Below are positions 18,464-28,658 of a DNA stretch of 64,000 bases, in pieces; the stretch's first letter is position 1, and each line of letters begins with the position of its first letter. The position numbers and the translations under genes were made by a program. The notes below the pieces were generated by a model. It worked only from the letters and a program-made list of their open reading frames with translations. It searched no databases and was not told the DNA's origin. Origin of the DNA: Deinococcales bacterium (lineage in GTDB: Bacteria; Deinococcota; Deinococci; Deinococcales; JAAFIG01). The DNA is taken from positions 10,598 through 74,597 of the forward strand of contig JAYVRX010000088.1 in NCBI GenBank assembly GCA_043775825.1, written 5' to 3'.

Positions 18464-19611
18464 GCAGCCACGTTAGTACCCCCACCGTACCACCAGTCAA
18501 ACTCGAGCGCATCCGCCCCAGAATAACCTTGCTCGACATGTACATTGTCGGCGAGGTGCTGCCGATGCTGGCGGGCGGTTTGCTGATCGTGATTGTAACG
18601 CTGGTGATGGGCGCTTTGTTTGAACGCATTGGGGCGTTTCTCGCCAAAGGCGCAAATCCGTTGTTGGTCGCGCAATACCTGGCGTTCAGGTTGCCCGAAA
18701 TGCTCTCGTTGGGCTTGCCTATCGCACTGCTTTTTGCGGTACTCATGAGCCTCTCGAGATTGACCCAAGATTCGGAACTGAAAGCCGCCGTGGTCGCAGG
18801 CATCTCCCCCACACGCTTGACCATGCCAGTTTTGATTATTGGCGCGGTGGTCGCGCTTCTGGCATTCATTAACGCCGAAACCCTACAACCCAGAGGCATC
18901 GAAAACGCCAGCCGCGTCCTGCGTGACATCATCATTTCAAACCCTAGGGTCGCATTTACTGGCGGACAATTTTTTAAAGACGCCCAAAATCAAGTGATTT
19001 ACATTCCAGACGGCGGCTTAAAAGCGGGTGGCATCCTCGAGAACATCACGATCATGCAAGGCTCTGAAGGACAAGTGCCCTCAAGCATCATGAAAGCCCA
19101 GCAAGGCAAAATTTTAGCCGACCAAGGCGCAATAGAACTGACCAATGGCTCGAGAATCACCTACCGCGCCGGCGATGCACGACCCGTCACGATTGCGCAT
19201 TTTGCCAGGGCTGTGATTCCGATTAAAGACTTGCAGCAAGGCGCAAATTTGTCCCAAAAACCGATTGATCTGCCCTTACCGACCCTGCTCGAGCGCATCA
19301 AAAGTTATCAAAGTCAGGGTTTTAGAATTAACGGCGAATTGACGGCGTTGAATCAAAAATTTGCCAAACCGCTCGCGTCTGTGGCGTTTGCCTTGTTCGG
19401 CATTGCCTTGTCGCTTTATACGTTACGCAGCAATCAAAGCCTGGGTTTTGTTGGCGTCATGTTTTTAACGTTTTTCTATTACGCCACCTGGACTGTTTTT
19501 AACGTCATGGGCGAAAGCGGCGCGATTCCCGCCGTACTTGCCGCCTGGACGCCCGACCTGCTTTACGCTGGAGCGGGTGTCGCCCTTCTCGCAATGGCAC
19601 GGCGACGTTAA
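18460..19611 (+). CDS. LptF/LptG (YjgP/YjgQ) family permease, second paralog
   Basis: The ATG at 18460 overlaps the upstream stop (ATGA) and GGAGG lies upstream. Architecture matches the first paralog, with motif RLTQDSELKAAVVAGIS. Confidence 0.8.
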   Translation: MSSHVSTPTVPPVKLERIRPRITLLDMYIVGEVLPMLAGGLLIVIVTLVMGALFERIGAFLAKGANPLLVAQYLAFRLPEMLSLGLPIALLFAVLMSLSRLTQDSELKAAVVAGISPTRLTMPVLIIGAVVALLAFINAETLQPRGIENASRVLRDIIISNPRVAFTGGQFFKDAQNQVIYIPDGGLKAGGILENITIMQGSEGQVPSSIMKAQQGKILADQGAIELTNGSRITYRAGDARPVTIAHFARAVIPIKDLQQGANLSQKPIDLPLPTLLERIKSYQSQGFRINGELTALNQKFAKPLASVAFALFGIALSLYTLRSNQSLGFVGVMFLTFFYYATWTVFNVMGESGAIPAVLAAWTPDLLYAGAGVALLAMARRR

Positions 19612-19614
19612 CGC

Positions 19615-22600
19615 ATGAAGCTGAACGACCAACACCATCACAACATGAAGCTCAAAAATCCCCAACAGCGTGAGAACAATGGTATCAACGATGTTCTGCA
19701 TGAATCGATTGTAAAAATTCGTAAGGGCAGGGCGCAGCAAGCAGCGACCCTACGAATCATGATCGTATTTATCCTGGCAATCATCTGTTTTTCAAGCCCC
19801 GCCTTCGCCAAGAAAATCGAAATCTTGCAAGCCGAGAGACTCGAGCTTCGCAACGTCACGACCCCCGACGGTAAAGTCGAAGAGTACGTGATTATCACGG
19901 GCAGACCCGCGATTGTACGAATTGATAAAGACGAACTCGAGGCGAACCGAATCGAATTCAACAAAACGCGCCGCAAGCTTTACATTATTGGGCAGGGCGT
20001 GTTGCGCGGCGAGAAGGAAACCATCGCGGGCAACGATTTTGTCGTGGACACCTCCGACAATTCGCTCGAGGGTGTAGACGTTTTGATCGCCACCACCGAT
20101 ATTGACGTGGTGGGCATCAGCGTCGAGCGTCTGCCAGGGCAACTCGAGGTCAAAAGCGGGTATTTCTCGCCGTGCTCGAGGTGCGGCAAGGTTGGCGACG
20201 CTTACGGCTTTAAGGCGGGCAGTTTGACGTTGTTTCCTGGGGATCGTCTGATCGCTCGAGATGTCACAATTTTGGTGGCGGGCGAACCGATTTTATACTT
20301 GCCGATCATGGTGGTCTTGCTGTCCGAACCGAGCCGTCAACCGCGTTGGGTTTTTAGAATTGGCGATTTTAGTGTTGGCGGTGGTGGGAACGCCAGCACC
20401 GACACGACCTTGCCCAATGTCGAGCTTGATTTACCGTTCACCACAGGCGATTTTGGACTTGGCTTTACGCTGCTGCGTTATTACGGCAACCGCAACCCAG
20501 CCTTTGGGGTTGGCGTGGATTGGACGTTGTTTGACTTGTTTGGTGGCATCAATAAATCTCGAGTTTTCTTTTTGGTACTACCGCCACCTGTTGGGACTAC
20601 TTTGGGCGCACCCTTGGCATACAGGCTCGAGTCTGCTGGTACGTTTGATATCACCCCAGGCGCAGACCCAGAGGATGCCCTGCCAAGTGTTAGGTACAGT
20701 TTCAGCCTCTCAAGGGTCGATGAAGGCATTAACCGCAGTGAAGATTTACGGGGCTTGACCGGACCGCAGCGTCGCACAGATTTTGGTGCGAAATTCAACT
20801 TGGACAATACTTCTTACGCCATCGAACTGGAAATCTCGAGTTACTTTCTCAACCGCGATATCAACCCTGTCACCATTAATCCGCTCAAACCCAGCTTTCT
20901 AAATTCAATTTACAGCTCCAGCAACACGTTGTTTTTCCCCGAATTGCGGTTTACCGCCAAAGATTCGTTGTTACCCAAACTTGGTGGTTTGAGTGTCCAA
21001 AATTTTTCCGTGACGCTTGGCATGATTACCGCGCCTTACAACCGCATCAACCGCAGTGCCCGTTTTGCCGCAGACCCTCTGACGGGTTTGGTGACCGCCG
21101 GCAAGCTTAATGTGAAATACGGTGTTGGATTAACCCTTAACCCTTGGGAGGGCGGGGTTTTAACCTCGAGTTTTAGGTTTGAAGGTCGCTACTACACGAC
21201 CCAAAACCCGAACGGCACTTCAGATATTGAAAAATTAAAACCAACGGGCGAATTTGAACGCAGCGTTGATTACCAGTTTAGTACCAGGTTTTCGCAAAGC
21301 ATTTTTAAGGACGTAGCTCGAGTTGATTTTAACGCCGATTACAGCGAAACCACTGGCGAGAGTCCGTTTGGTTTTGATAGCGTTGCCGTTCGTGAGGCAA
21401 CACTGCGATCCGGTTTGGGGTTGACCATCACACCCGCCACTTGGCTTTCATTCAGTGCTTCACAAAGCCTGAGTGTCACCGCCACCAGAGAACCCAAGTT
21501 TGACGCTGCACAGTTCAGCCTGAACCTCACGCCAAGTTTTGGCAACTTGAGCCTTAGTGCCTCGCACAACCTCGAGACAGGTATTTTGCAATCTTGGAAT
21601 ATCGCGGGCGGCATCAACACGCCGTTTGGCATTACGTTTCGCTTTTCGACTGGACAGTACGTCAACCCCACAACTGGGGGCTTATTTTACCTTTATTCAC
21701 CGTTGCAACTCAGCCTTAATTATTCTGGCGACAGTGGCAAACTGACCTCATCGCTTAGTATCAGTCATGACCTCAATCCTGACGGAGTTGTGCAAAACAT
21801 TGGTTTTACCTTCGGTTATCGTTTTGGTGACACTGAAAACCCGTACAGCTTCACTTTCATTCAAAATCTCACGCCGCCCCAGACCGTGACCGGCAATGAC
21901 GGTAAAAATGCTTTCTCGGTTTTGCGCGGTTCGACCCGTTTTACCTGGCGTGGTTTAAGCATTAGTGTTGACAACAGTTTCGATTTTAGACCTTGGAAAT
22001 ACTCGGTTTTATCCTCACCAACCACCAGCACCTCAAGTTCTGGAAGAATCCCGCCTTCGACCACAGCCCTCAGCGTTTCAGGCGATGCGCCATTCACTTG
22101 GAATCTCAATTTTACCAGCAACCTTGACTTAGCAACGTTCACTTTTTACGAACCCAGATTGAACGGCAGCCTGAGCACCCAAAATCCAGGCTCGAGTTTT
22201 GATCTGACGCTGGGTTTTCAACTCAGGCTGCCCGATGTCGCGCAGAACGATTTTCGATTCTCGAGTCTAAGCTTGCAATTTGGTTGGGATGTCGTTCCAG
22301 GATTCAGCGTTTCTGGTTCGATAACCTATTCAAGAAACCTTGCAGGAGGCATTTTCTTTGATACCTTCAACTTGAATCCTTTGGCGTTCACGGCAGCCTT
22401 TGCCTCCGAAGGCTCGAGCAAACCCGATGTGTTTTTCAGCGTGGTTTTGAAAGGCACTTATGTCTTTGATGATGATCCAAAGTCGAACGGGATTCCAAAT
22501 TTCACTGGGACTGGCAGCCCGTACCGCACCACTTGGCGACCCGTGTTTATTCTGACTTTTGACCTGTGCTGCTATACCTTGCGTTTTACTTTTGACAGCA

Positions 22601-22728
22601 CTCCAGAAAAAGGCTCGAGTTTTACTTTTAGTTTTATTCTGCCTTTTGGTGGCGAGCAAAAAGCGATTGTCAGTGACCCCGACGGTCTGCGCTTTCCAGT
22701 GCTGCCATTTATTCCACCAATCAAATAA
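19615..22728 (+). CDS. Very large outer-membrane protein with N-terminal OstA/LptD-N-like domain (LptD-like)
   Basis: 1037 aa. After the hydrophobic segment MIVFILAIICFSSPAFA there is an OstA-like beta-jellyroll region (IEILQAERLELRN...IEFNKTRRKLYIIGQGVL...GYFSPCSRC). About 800 aa of beta-strand-like alternating sequence follow. The start is ambiguous (19615, 19645 or 19759). Confidence 0.6.
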   Translation: MKLNDQHHHNMKLKNPQQRENNGINDVLHESIVKIRKGRAQQAATLRIMIVFILAIICFSSPAFAKKIEILQAERLELRNVTTPDGKVEEYVIITGRPAIVRIDKDELEANRIEFNKTRRKLYIIGQGVLRGEKETIAGNDFVVDTSDNSLEGVDVLIATTDIDVVGISVERLPGQLEVKSGYFSPCSRCGKVGDAYGFKAGSLTLFPGDRLIARDVTILVAGEPILYLPIMVVLLSEPSRQPRWVFRIGDFSVGGGGNASTDTTLPNVELDLPFTTGDFGLGFTLLRYYGNRNPAFGVGVDWTLFDLFGGINKSRVFFLVLPPPVGTTLGAPLAYRLESAGTFDITPGADPEDALPSVRYSFSLSRVDEGINRSEDLRGLTGPQRRTDFGAKFNLDNTSYAIELEISSYFLNRDINPVTINPLKPSFLNSIYSSSNTLFFPELRFTAKDSLLPKLGGLSVQNFSVTLGMITAPYNRINRSARFAADPLTGLVTAGKLNVKYGVGLTLNPWEGGVLTSSFRFEGRYYTTQNPNGTSDIEKLKPTGEFERSVDYQFSTRFSQSIFKDVARVDFNADYSETTGESPFGFDSVAVREATLRSGLGLTITPATWLSFSASQSLSVTATREPKFDAAQFSLNLTPSFGNLSLSASHNLETGILQSWNIAGGINTPFGITFRFSTGQYVNPTTGGLFYLYSPLQLSLNYSGDSGKLTSSLSISHDLNPDGVVQNIGFTFGYRFGDTENPYSFTFIQNLTPPQTVTGNDGKNAFSVLRGSTRFTWRGLSISVDNSFDFRPWKYSVLSSPTTSTSSSGRIPPSTTALSVSGDAPFTWNLNFTSNLDLATFTFYEPRLNGSLSTQNPGSSFDLTLGFQLRLPDVAQNDFRFSSLSLQFGWDVVPGFSVSGSITYSRNLAGGIFFDTFNLNPLAFTAAFASEGSSKPDVFFSVVLKGTYVFDDDPKSNGIPNFTGTGSPYRTTWRPVFILTFDLCCYTLRFTFDSTPEKGSSFTFSFILPFGGEQKAIVSDPDGLRFPVLPFIPPIK

Positions 22729-22731
22729 GAG

Positions 22732-23994
22732 GTGTTCATGAAAAAATTTCTGTTGTTGTCAATCCTGATTTTAACCTCGAGTTGCACGGGTTCTTTCGAG
22801 GACAGTGGAACACCCGTGCGTGTGGTGGTCAGTGTCAATCCAGATTTAAGCAAGAATATTTCCTGTATCGGTCAACAATTGGAAGTCCCCAAAAGCCCTG
22901 GCTTGGTTTTGCTTGACCCAAATCGTTTTTCAAGCTCAGTCAACCAAGTTAATTCTTGCGGTGCATTTTTTCCCCTGCAAGGAATCGGCTTTGATGTCGT
23001 TAACGGGGCAGAAACAATTGGTTCGCCCAGTGTTTTTGTTAGTGTTCCCAGTCAGTCGGTGGTAAAACAACTGACTTATTTCCGTTCTGCAAACAACACC
23101 GTGCAAGTCCCAAATACCCTGGCGCAAAAACTCGAGTTTAAGTACACACCAATAGACAACAAAGATGATCCCGATTTTTGTCCAACACAATTGTCAGTCA
23201 GTCGAGACAATAGATTCCTGGCTGTTCTGGACAATCCAAATGATGTCAATGAATTTTGTGGTAAAAACATAACACGGTTACCGCGCGTTGTTATTTTTAA
23301 TATTGCAGATGGCAGCATTTTTAAAAGAATTGAAGTTTCTAAAAATAACTTCATCGACGGAACGAGTAAGGAAATCTCAATCTCGCTTTTAAACAATCGG
23401 TTGTATGTGCTTGGTGAATTCGGTAGTAAATTTAGAATCTCGAGTTTTAATTTATTGGTAACCGATCCAAATCTTGATTTCATCAAATCCGATGAGTCAA
23501 GATTGCCGCCAACATTCTCGAGTTTTCCGACCAATAACCCAAAAGTTGATCTCAGCATCGTTCAAAATGGCTTGCTGGCAAGTTTATCCAATGACAATGG
23601 CGGACAGGTTTTCCCAATTGTTGAAGATTTGACCCAAAGAACCATTGCCTTTGGTGATGAGCGATTGGCTGGCAGCTTGGCAACAGATTTACCCATAGGA
23701 AAAACCAACACGATTCGTTCCAATGCTTTCAGTTCTTCAATCGTATCAAATTTTACCTTGTATTTGCGTCCAAGCAATATTTTGTTCCAAAGAAACACGC
23801 AATTTGCCGCACAAACAATAGCTTCACCAATTGATGCGACCTTTCCAGCCGACAATACGATCTGGGTTTTAAACACCAAACGTCTTTTTAAAGTTGATAC
23901 CCGAGATTTCCCTGAAAAACCTCAGTTTGATACGGGTATCGACTTTAGCGATTTAAATCCTAGCAATTTGGTCTGGGTTTTAGACGAGAATTAA
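22732..23994 (+). CDS. Hypothetical lipoprotein
   Basis: Signal + lipobox-like MKKFLLLSILILTSSC. 420 aa, low GC, starting 4 nt after the LptD-like stop. Confidence 0.5.
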   Translation: MFMKKFLLLSILILTSSCTGSFEDSGTPVRVVVSVNPDLSKNISCIGQQLEVPKSPGLVLLDPNRFSSSVNQVNSCGAFFPLQGIGFDVVNGAETIGSPSVFVSVPSQSVVKQLTYFRSANNTVQVPNTLAQKLEFKYTPIDNKDDPDFCPTQLSVSRDNRFLAVLDNPNDVNEFCGKNITRLPRVVIFNIADGSIFKRIEVSKNNFIDGTSKEISISLLNNRLYVLGEFGSKFRISSFNLLVTDPNLDFIKSDESRLPPTFSSFPTNNPKVDLSIVQNGLLASLSNDNGGQVFPIVEDLTQRTIAFGDERLAGSLATDLPIGKTNTIRSNAFSSSIVSNFTLYLRPSNILFQRNTQFAAQTIASPIDATFPADNTIWVLNTKRLFKVDTRDFPEKPQFDTGIDFSDLNPSNLVWVLDEN

Positions 23995-23997
23995 CAT

Positions 23998-24630
23998 TCA
24001 AAACGAGTACGAATAACTCGAGATATACCCTGGGGTTGCAAGAACTTCAATTTGTACACCCTCAACACTGGTAACTCGAGCCACCTTGATCGGGTTGCCC
24101 AGTTCAATCTGGATTAAATTCCAACCAGCCTCGAGCGTTATATCAAAACCACGGTCTGCTTTGACACGGGTTTTGGCGTCGCTGTAAACAATCACAATGC
24201 TGCCGCGTCCTTTGGTGATAAAACTCTCGAACAGTGTATCGCCGCTCGAGAAATTTTTTTCGGCATTTGTATCCAAATAAGCACGAACCACGGTGCGGGC
24301 AGTGTGGGCGCTGCCGGTAATATTGATTTTGCCGATCAAGCCGGGCCAGTCGAGCAGGTCTTGAACCAGATTTTGCAAGGCACTGGCTGGCGGGGCAGTG
24401 TCACTAACGTTAAGGCTATACGCGCCATTGGTCACGGCAGAACTCGAGATTTCTTTACTTGGATTGCCACTGCGATCTGCTAAAAACACACCGATTCGTA
24501 AATTGGCTGGCAAGGCATTTTGTGATTTCACAGTACCCGAAACATTTAAAGGCGCAGCCAAGGACAGGCTCGAGATCAATACGCTCGAGAGGACGATCAG
24601 GGTCTTTAGACTTAAATTCAGGGCGTTCAT
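23998..24630 (-). CDS. Hypothetical secreted protein
   Basis: 210 aa with signal peptide MNALNLSLKTLIVLSSVLISSLSLAAP. No family recognised. Confidence 0.45.
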   Translation of the reverse strand: MNALNLSLKTLIVLSSVLISSLSLAAPLNVSGTVKSQNALPANLRIGVFLADRSGNPSKEISSSAVTNGAYSLNVSDTAPPASALQNLVQDLLDWPGLIGKINITGSAHTARTVVRAYLDTNAEKNFSSGDTLFESFITKGRGSIVIVYSDAKTRVKADRGFDITLEAGWNLIQIELGNPIKVARVTSVEGVQIEVLATPGYISSYSYSF

Positions 24631-24852
24631 TGTGGTTCATCCGAACGATCCCTTTGGTTTGACTCGAGGGTCGGATGCCTCCAAGCAAAGACTAGCACCA
24701 ATTTCAAGAATTGCCTGTGTGATTCAAGGTTGGCTAAATACTGCATGAGAAAAACCAGGTTCGGTTCAAGCTGGCGAGAACGATAGCTTATCCTTTTTCA
24801 ATTGGTGCGGGCGTCATAACGATTTCTCGCACTCGAGATGTAACATAAACGT

Positions 24853-25455
24853 ATGGCTTACAGCAATTTTACCCTTCAAGAAGTCCTCAAAAAGTTCAGC
24901 CTCAAGTTGGAGGAAGGTTGTGTATTGTTTCCAAATGTCGAACCTCGAGCAGCATCGGCACTTTTAACGGCTTGGCTCGAGCAAAAAATTCCGTTGGCAT
25001 TGGCACTTTCGACTGAAAAAGCCCGTAGCGAATTTATTATCGCGCCAATTCTTGCCGAAGTGCGCGAGCAGTTGGGAAAACGATTTTCGTTGTTTTCTGG
25101 AATTGATTTTACGGTTGATACAAGCCAAGGTTTAAACGGCGAGTGTGACTTTTTATTCTCAAAGTCCCCAGAGCAACTGGTTTTGCTTGCGCCAGTGATT
25201 AGTGTTGTAGAGGCGAAAAACGAAAGTTTTAGAAACGGCTTGGCTCAAGCTTGCGCCGAAATGATTGCCGCTCGAGTTTTTAATGAACGTGAGGGACATC
25301 CACTCGCAAGGGTTTTCGGGGCGGTCACAACGGGCGATGATTGGCAGTTTTTGATGCTCGAGGGAAACGTTCTATTTGTGGACAAAAAGCGCTTTGATTT
25401 GGATCAGCTTCCCGAAATTCTTGGGATTTTTTGTTATATGCTCGAGACGGCTTAA
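24853..25455 (+). CDS. Hypothetical protein with PD-(D/E)xK nuclease-like motif
   Basis: 200 aa. ECDFLF ... VISVVEAKNE fits the D...(D/E)xK restriction-endonuclease-like core. Recognition is by motif only. Confidence 0.4.
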   Translation: MAYSNFTLQEVLKKFSLKLEEGCVLFPNVEPRAASALLTAWLEQKIPLALALSTEKARSEFIIAPILAEVREQLGKRFSLFSGIDFTVDTSQGLNGECDFLFSKSPEQLVLLAPVISVVEAKNESFRNGLAQACAEMIAARVFNEREGHPLARVFGAVTTGDDWQFLMLEGNVLFVDKKRFDLDQLPEILGIFCYMLETA

Positions 25456-25463
25456 AAGTTCAA

Positions 25464-26114
25464 TCATGAACCCTTAAAGGGTTCAATCACAATATGGTCG
25501 CCCTCGAGCTTGGCAAGTTCGGCGGTGTCACCCTCGCGGGCTTGCATTCCCTTGATGCTCGAGCTATCGCTGGCTCGGGCGATGGCTTGCCCAATCCGAA
25601 TTTGCGGGCTGGCAATCTTTTGCGCCCAAATGATCGCATCTTTGCGCCCCGTCGCGCCCGCGTGCGCCAAACCGCGCAGTGTTCCGACCACGATAATGTC
25701 GCCGCCCGCCACCAATTCCACGCCAGAGTTGACATCACCCAGCACAATCACGCTGCCAGGGGTTTCTTTGCGCGTTCCAGAACGAAGCGTTCGGGCAATG
25801 ATTTCGGTGCGACCACTGGAGGGTACTTCCTGCACTTGCGCGACCACCGTTTCGATTGTAGCTGGCGTATTTTGATTGGAAGCTCGAGGAGGTCTGAAGC
25901 TCGAGATCACCCCTCCAGCGCTCAGGATTGCCTGCATGACTGTTTGAACCACATCACCGGCAATGACACCGCCAAGCTCGAGTTCGACCCGTTCGGACAA
26001 GAGTTGAGCACGAGACTCTAACGCACTCGAGACGCTTTCTTTGGTATCAACAGGCTCGAGCAGAATGCTCAAACCCCCACTTGTGCCGCGCAGTTTCATA
26101 ATTGGTTTTACCAT
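25464..26114 (-). CDS. minC: Septum site-determining protein MinC
   Basis: C-terminal beta-helix repeats VIVLGDVNSGVELVAGGDIIVVGTLRGLAHAGATG. The start is ambiguous (26147, 26114 or 26099). Confidence 0.75.
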   Translation of the reverse strand: MVKPIMKLRGTSGGLSILLEPVDTKESVSSALESRAQLLSERVELELGGVIAGDVVQTVMQAILSAGGVISSFRPPRASNQNTPATIETVVAQVQEVPSSGRTEIIARTLRSGTRKETPGSVIVLGDVNSGVELVAGGDIIVVGTLRGLAHAGATGRKDAIIWAQKIASPQIRIGQAIARASDSSSIKGMQAREGDTAELAKLEGDHIVIEPFKGS

Positions 26115-26184
26115 GCAAGGCGCGGATTTGGTGTACCAGATTGACATGAAGCTCTAAAGTTTGGATGCAGTACAACCCAAAGCT

Positions 26185-27981
26185 TTAGCGGATAACACGA
26201 CCTTGCTTGTCGAGTTTAATGTTCCAGTACGCCGCCATGACTTTTTTCACGGCTGGCAGTGCCACGCCCGAACCTTCAACGCCGTTCTCAAAAAAGGCAA
26301 CCACAACCAAATTGGGGTTATCAAAAGGACCATAACCCATATACCAGGCATGGTCACGGTTATGACCTTGTGGTGATTGTGCCGTTCCAGTTTTTCCAGC
26401 CGTGACAATCGGGAAAACATTCGCGCCCAAGACTTCTTTAGCGGTGCCGATACGGGTGGTCATCAACATGCCCTCTTTGAGCATTGACCAGTATTTGCCC
26501 GAAATTTGGGTCATGGGTTTTGGTGGTACGGGTTTGTTGTCAATGGCTTTGATGACTGTTAATTCGGGGCGTTTACCATTGTTGACGATGGTTGCCAGCA
26601 TTCGTGCGATTTGCAAAGGATTTGCCCGAAGGCGTTGACCAATCGAGTAATTAAGCGGCACACCATTGTCCCAGGTTTTCTTAGCCCGCTCCAAAGCAAC
26701 TGTTGGCACTTCATCAAACTTTTCACCGAGAAGCTCGATACCGCTCGATTGCCCAAAACCAAAGTCTTTGGCACGCCTGGCAATGTCGTTGACAAACCGT
26801 TCTGGTCCGTAACTGACCGCCGATTGGTAATACCAGGTATTGCACGAATTTGCGATTGCCGCTCGAGCGTCCATAACACCCATATTCCTAAACCGATTCC
26901 AGTTTTTCCAGAAACGACCACCGTAAAACCAACTGCTGTAACACTGAAATACCCGATTGCCAAACCCATTCTCGAGCAACGTGCTGGCGGTCACCAATTT
27001 AAAGGTCGAACCTGGCTCCCAGACGTTGACCATGCGGTTGAACATGGGTTTGTACTTGGTGTCCAATTGGGCTTTGATGCCTTCTTTGGCGGTGGGTTTG
27101 ACCGAAAACCAATTCGGATCGTATTTGGGTCCAACCGCGAACGCCAACACCTGACCCGTTTTTGGATTTAAAGCCACTATCGCCCCCCTGGCGGATTCGA
27201 CAAGTGGTATACCGTGTTGTTTATTCAATCGGTTTATTTTCTCTTTGGCTTCAGTGATGGCTTGTTCGGCGGCACGTTGCAATTTGGGAATAATGCTGAG
27301 GGTTACGGTCTTGCCCCTGATCGCCTCTTTGACCGTTCGTTCGGAAACCACCCGACGCGCGGCATCAACCTCAACATTTTTTAAACCGTCCTTTCCTCGC
27401 AAAATATCGTTCAACCCAAACTCGAGACCGGCTTTGGGCAGAATATCGGTCAGTGCCGCTCCAGCTTCGACATCTTTGGCGCTGGCTTGGGACATGTAAC
27501 CCAACAAATTTCCTGCCATGCCACTAAGGTAGATCCGTTCAACCCTAGAGCGAACTTCGATCACGCTCTCTTGACCCGCAAGCCATTCCTGAAGCGGTAA
27601 AATGCTGTCCTGCGGCACGTCTTTGGTCAAAATGGCAGGCTCAAATTTGTTGGTCACCGTTGGAAGTGGCAATTTTATTTTTGCCAACCGTGCAATACGG
27701 TCTAAGAATTTAACCTCGCCGCCGTGGTAGATAAGTTCAATCGCTTTGCGGTTGGTTGCCATGACCGAACCGTCCGCCGCATGAATATCGCCCCGAACGG
27801 CACGAATAACGGTCAAATCGGTGGTGTTATTCTCGCTCGAGGTGACAAATTCGTAATGCCGCACCACTTGTAAGTAATATAAACGCCCCAAGAACACCAG
27901 CAAAACCAAGCTCATAAACAAAGTCACCCGAAGGATTGGATTGCTCGAGATTTTAATCTTTTCGTTATCGCGTTGATTCAT
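26185..27981 (-). CDS. mrdA: Penicillin-binding protein 2 (elongasome transpeptidase)
   Basis: 598 aa with an N-terminal TM segment, SxxK motif GSTFKLV, SxN-like region and KTGTA motif. Sits directly downstream of mreCD. Confidence 0.85.
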   Translation of the reverse strand: MNQRDNEKIKISSNPILRVTLFMSLVLLVFLGRLYYLQVVRHYEFVTSSENNTTDLTVIRAVRGDIHAADGSVMATNRKAIELIYHGGEVKFLDRIARLAKIKLPLPTVTNKFEPAILTKDVPQDSILPLQEWLAGQESVIEVRSRVERIYLSGMAGNLLGYMSQASAKDVEAGAALTDILPKAGLEFGLNDILRGKDGLKNVEVDAARRVVSERTVKEAIRGKTVTLSIIPKLQRAAEQAITEAKEKINRLNKQHGIPLVESARGAIVALNPKTGQVLAFAVGPKYDPNWFSVKPTAKEGIKAQLDTKYKPMFNRMVNVWEPGSTFKLVTASTLLENGFGNRVFQCYSSWFYGGRFWKNWNRFRNMGVMDARAAIANSCNTWYYQSAVSYGPERFVNDIARRAKDFGFGQSSGIELLGEKFDEVPTVALERAKKTWDNGVPLNYSIGQRLRANPLQIARMLATIVNNGKRPELTVIKAIDNKPVPPKPMTQISGKYWSMLKEGMLMTTRIGTAKEVLGANVFPIVTAGKTGTAQSPQGHNRDHAWYMGYGPFDNPNLVVVAFFENGVEGSGVALPAVKKVMAAYWNIKLDKQGRVIR

Positions 27982-28090
27982 GCTAAAACCTACATTCTGG
28001 CTCGAGATTTCGTAAGCTTAAGGTAACCTTACTTAAGTTTTGCTGAGAAAACTGTCGTCAATTCTGGTTTTTTGAAGCTTCAGCTTGAAT

Positions 28091-28639
28091 TTACAACAAT
28101 TGTTCTTCGTTGTTCAAAGTCCGCCCAAAAGCCCAATTTGCCAACCAGTATACAAAAGGAGCAAAAACCAGTGTGGTGATGATTTCTGGAATCATGATCC
28201 TTAAGATCGAATCGCCAGTGATAAACCCTTTGCGAGTCCAATAATTAAAGACAATAAAAATAAACCATTTTGAAAGCATCGCTGACAGAACAACCATTGC
28301 CTGGTTAAAACTGGTTTCGGTACTTAGAAAACGCCTAACCGTAAAACCGACAACCACCGCTGCCGCCAGTCCAGCCGCATGAAAACCAAAGGCTCCCGCG
28401 CCAATCGCATCTTGCAACAAACCAATGGCGTAGCCCAAACCTAAACCCCACATTGGACGAACTCGAGAAGCCAAAGTCAAAGTGGCGAGCAGAAATAAAT
28501 CTGGTGGTGTAATCGTTGGGACAAGCGCGTAGAACGCGCCTTGTAAGCCCCAAACAAGAAAAACGAAAAGGAATGGTTTCAAGTGTAACCTTTCAAAATT
28601 CTGACACAACATCAAGGGCATGGCGCCGCTCAAAATCAT
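28091..28639 (-). CDS. mreD: Rod shape-determining protein MreD
   Basis: 182 aa polytopic membrane protein located between mreC and mrdA. Confidence 0.65.
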   Translation of the reverse strand: MILSGAMPLMLCQNFERLHLKPFLFVFLVWGLQGAFYALVPTITPPDLFLLATLTLASRVRPMWGLGLGYAIGLLQDAIGAGAFGFHAAGLAAAVVVGFTVRRFLSTETSFNQAMVVLSAMLSKWFIFIVFNYWTRKGFITGDSILRIMIPEIITTLVFAPFVYWLANWAFGRTLNNEEQLL

Positions 28640-28658
28640 ATTTTACGCCCAAAATCGG

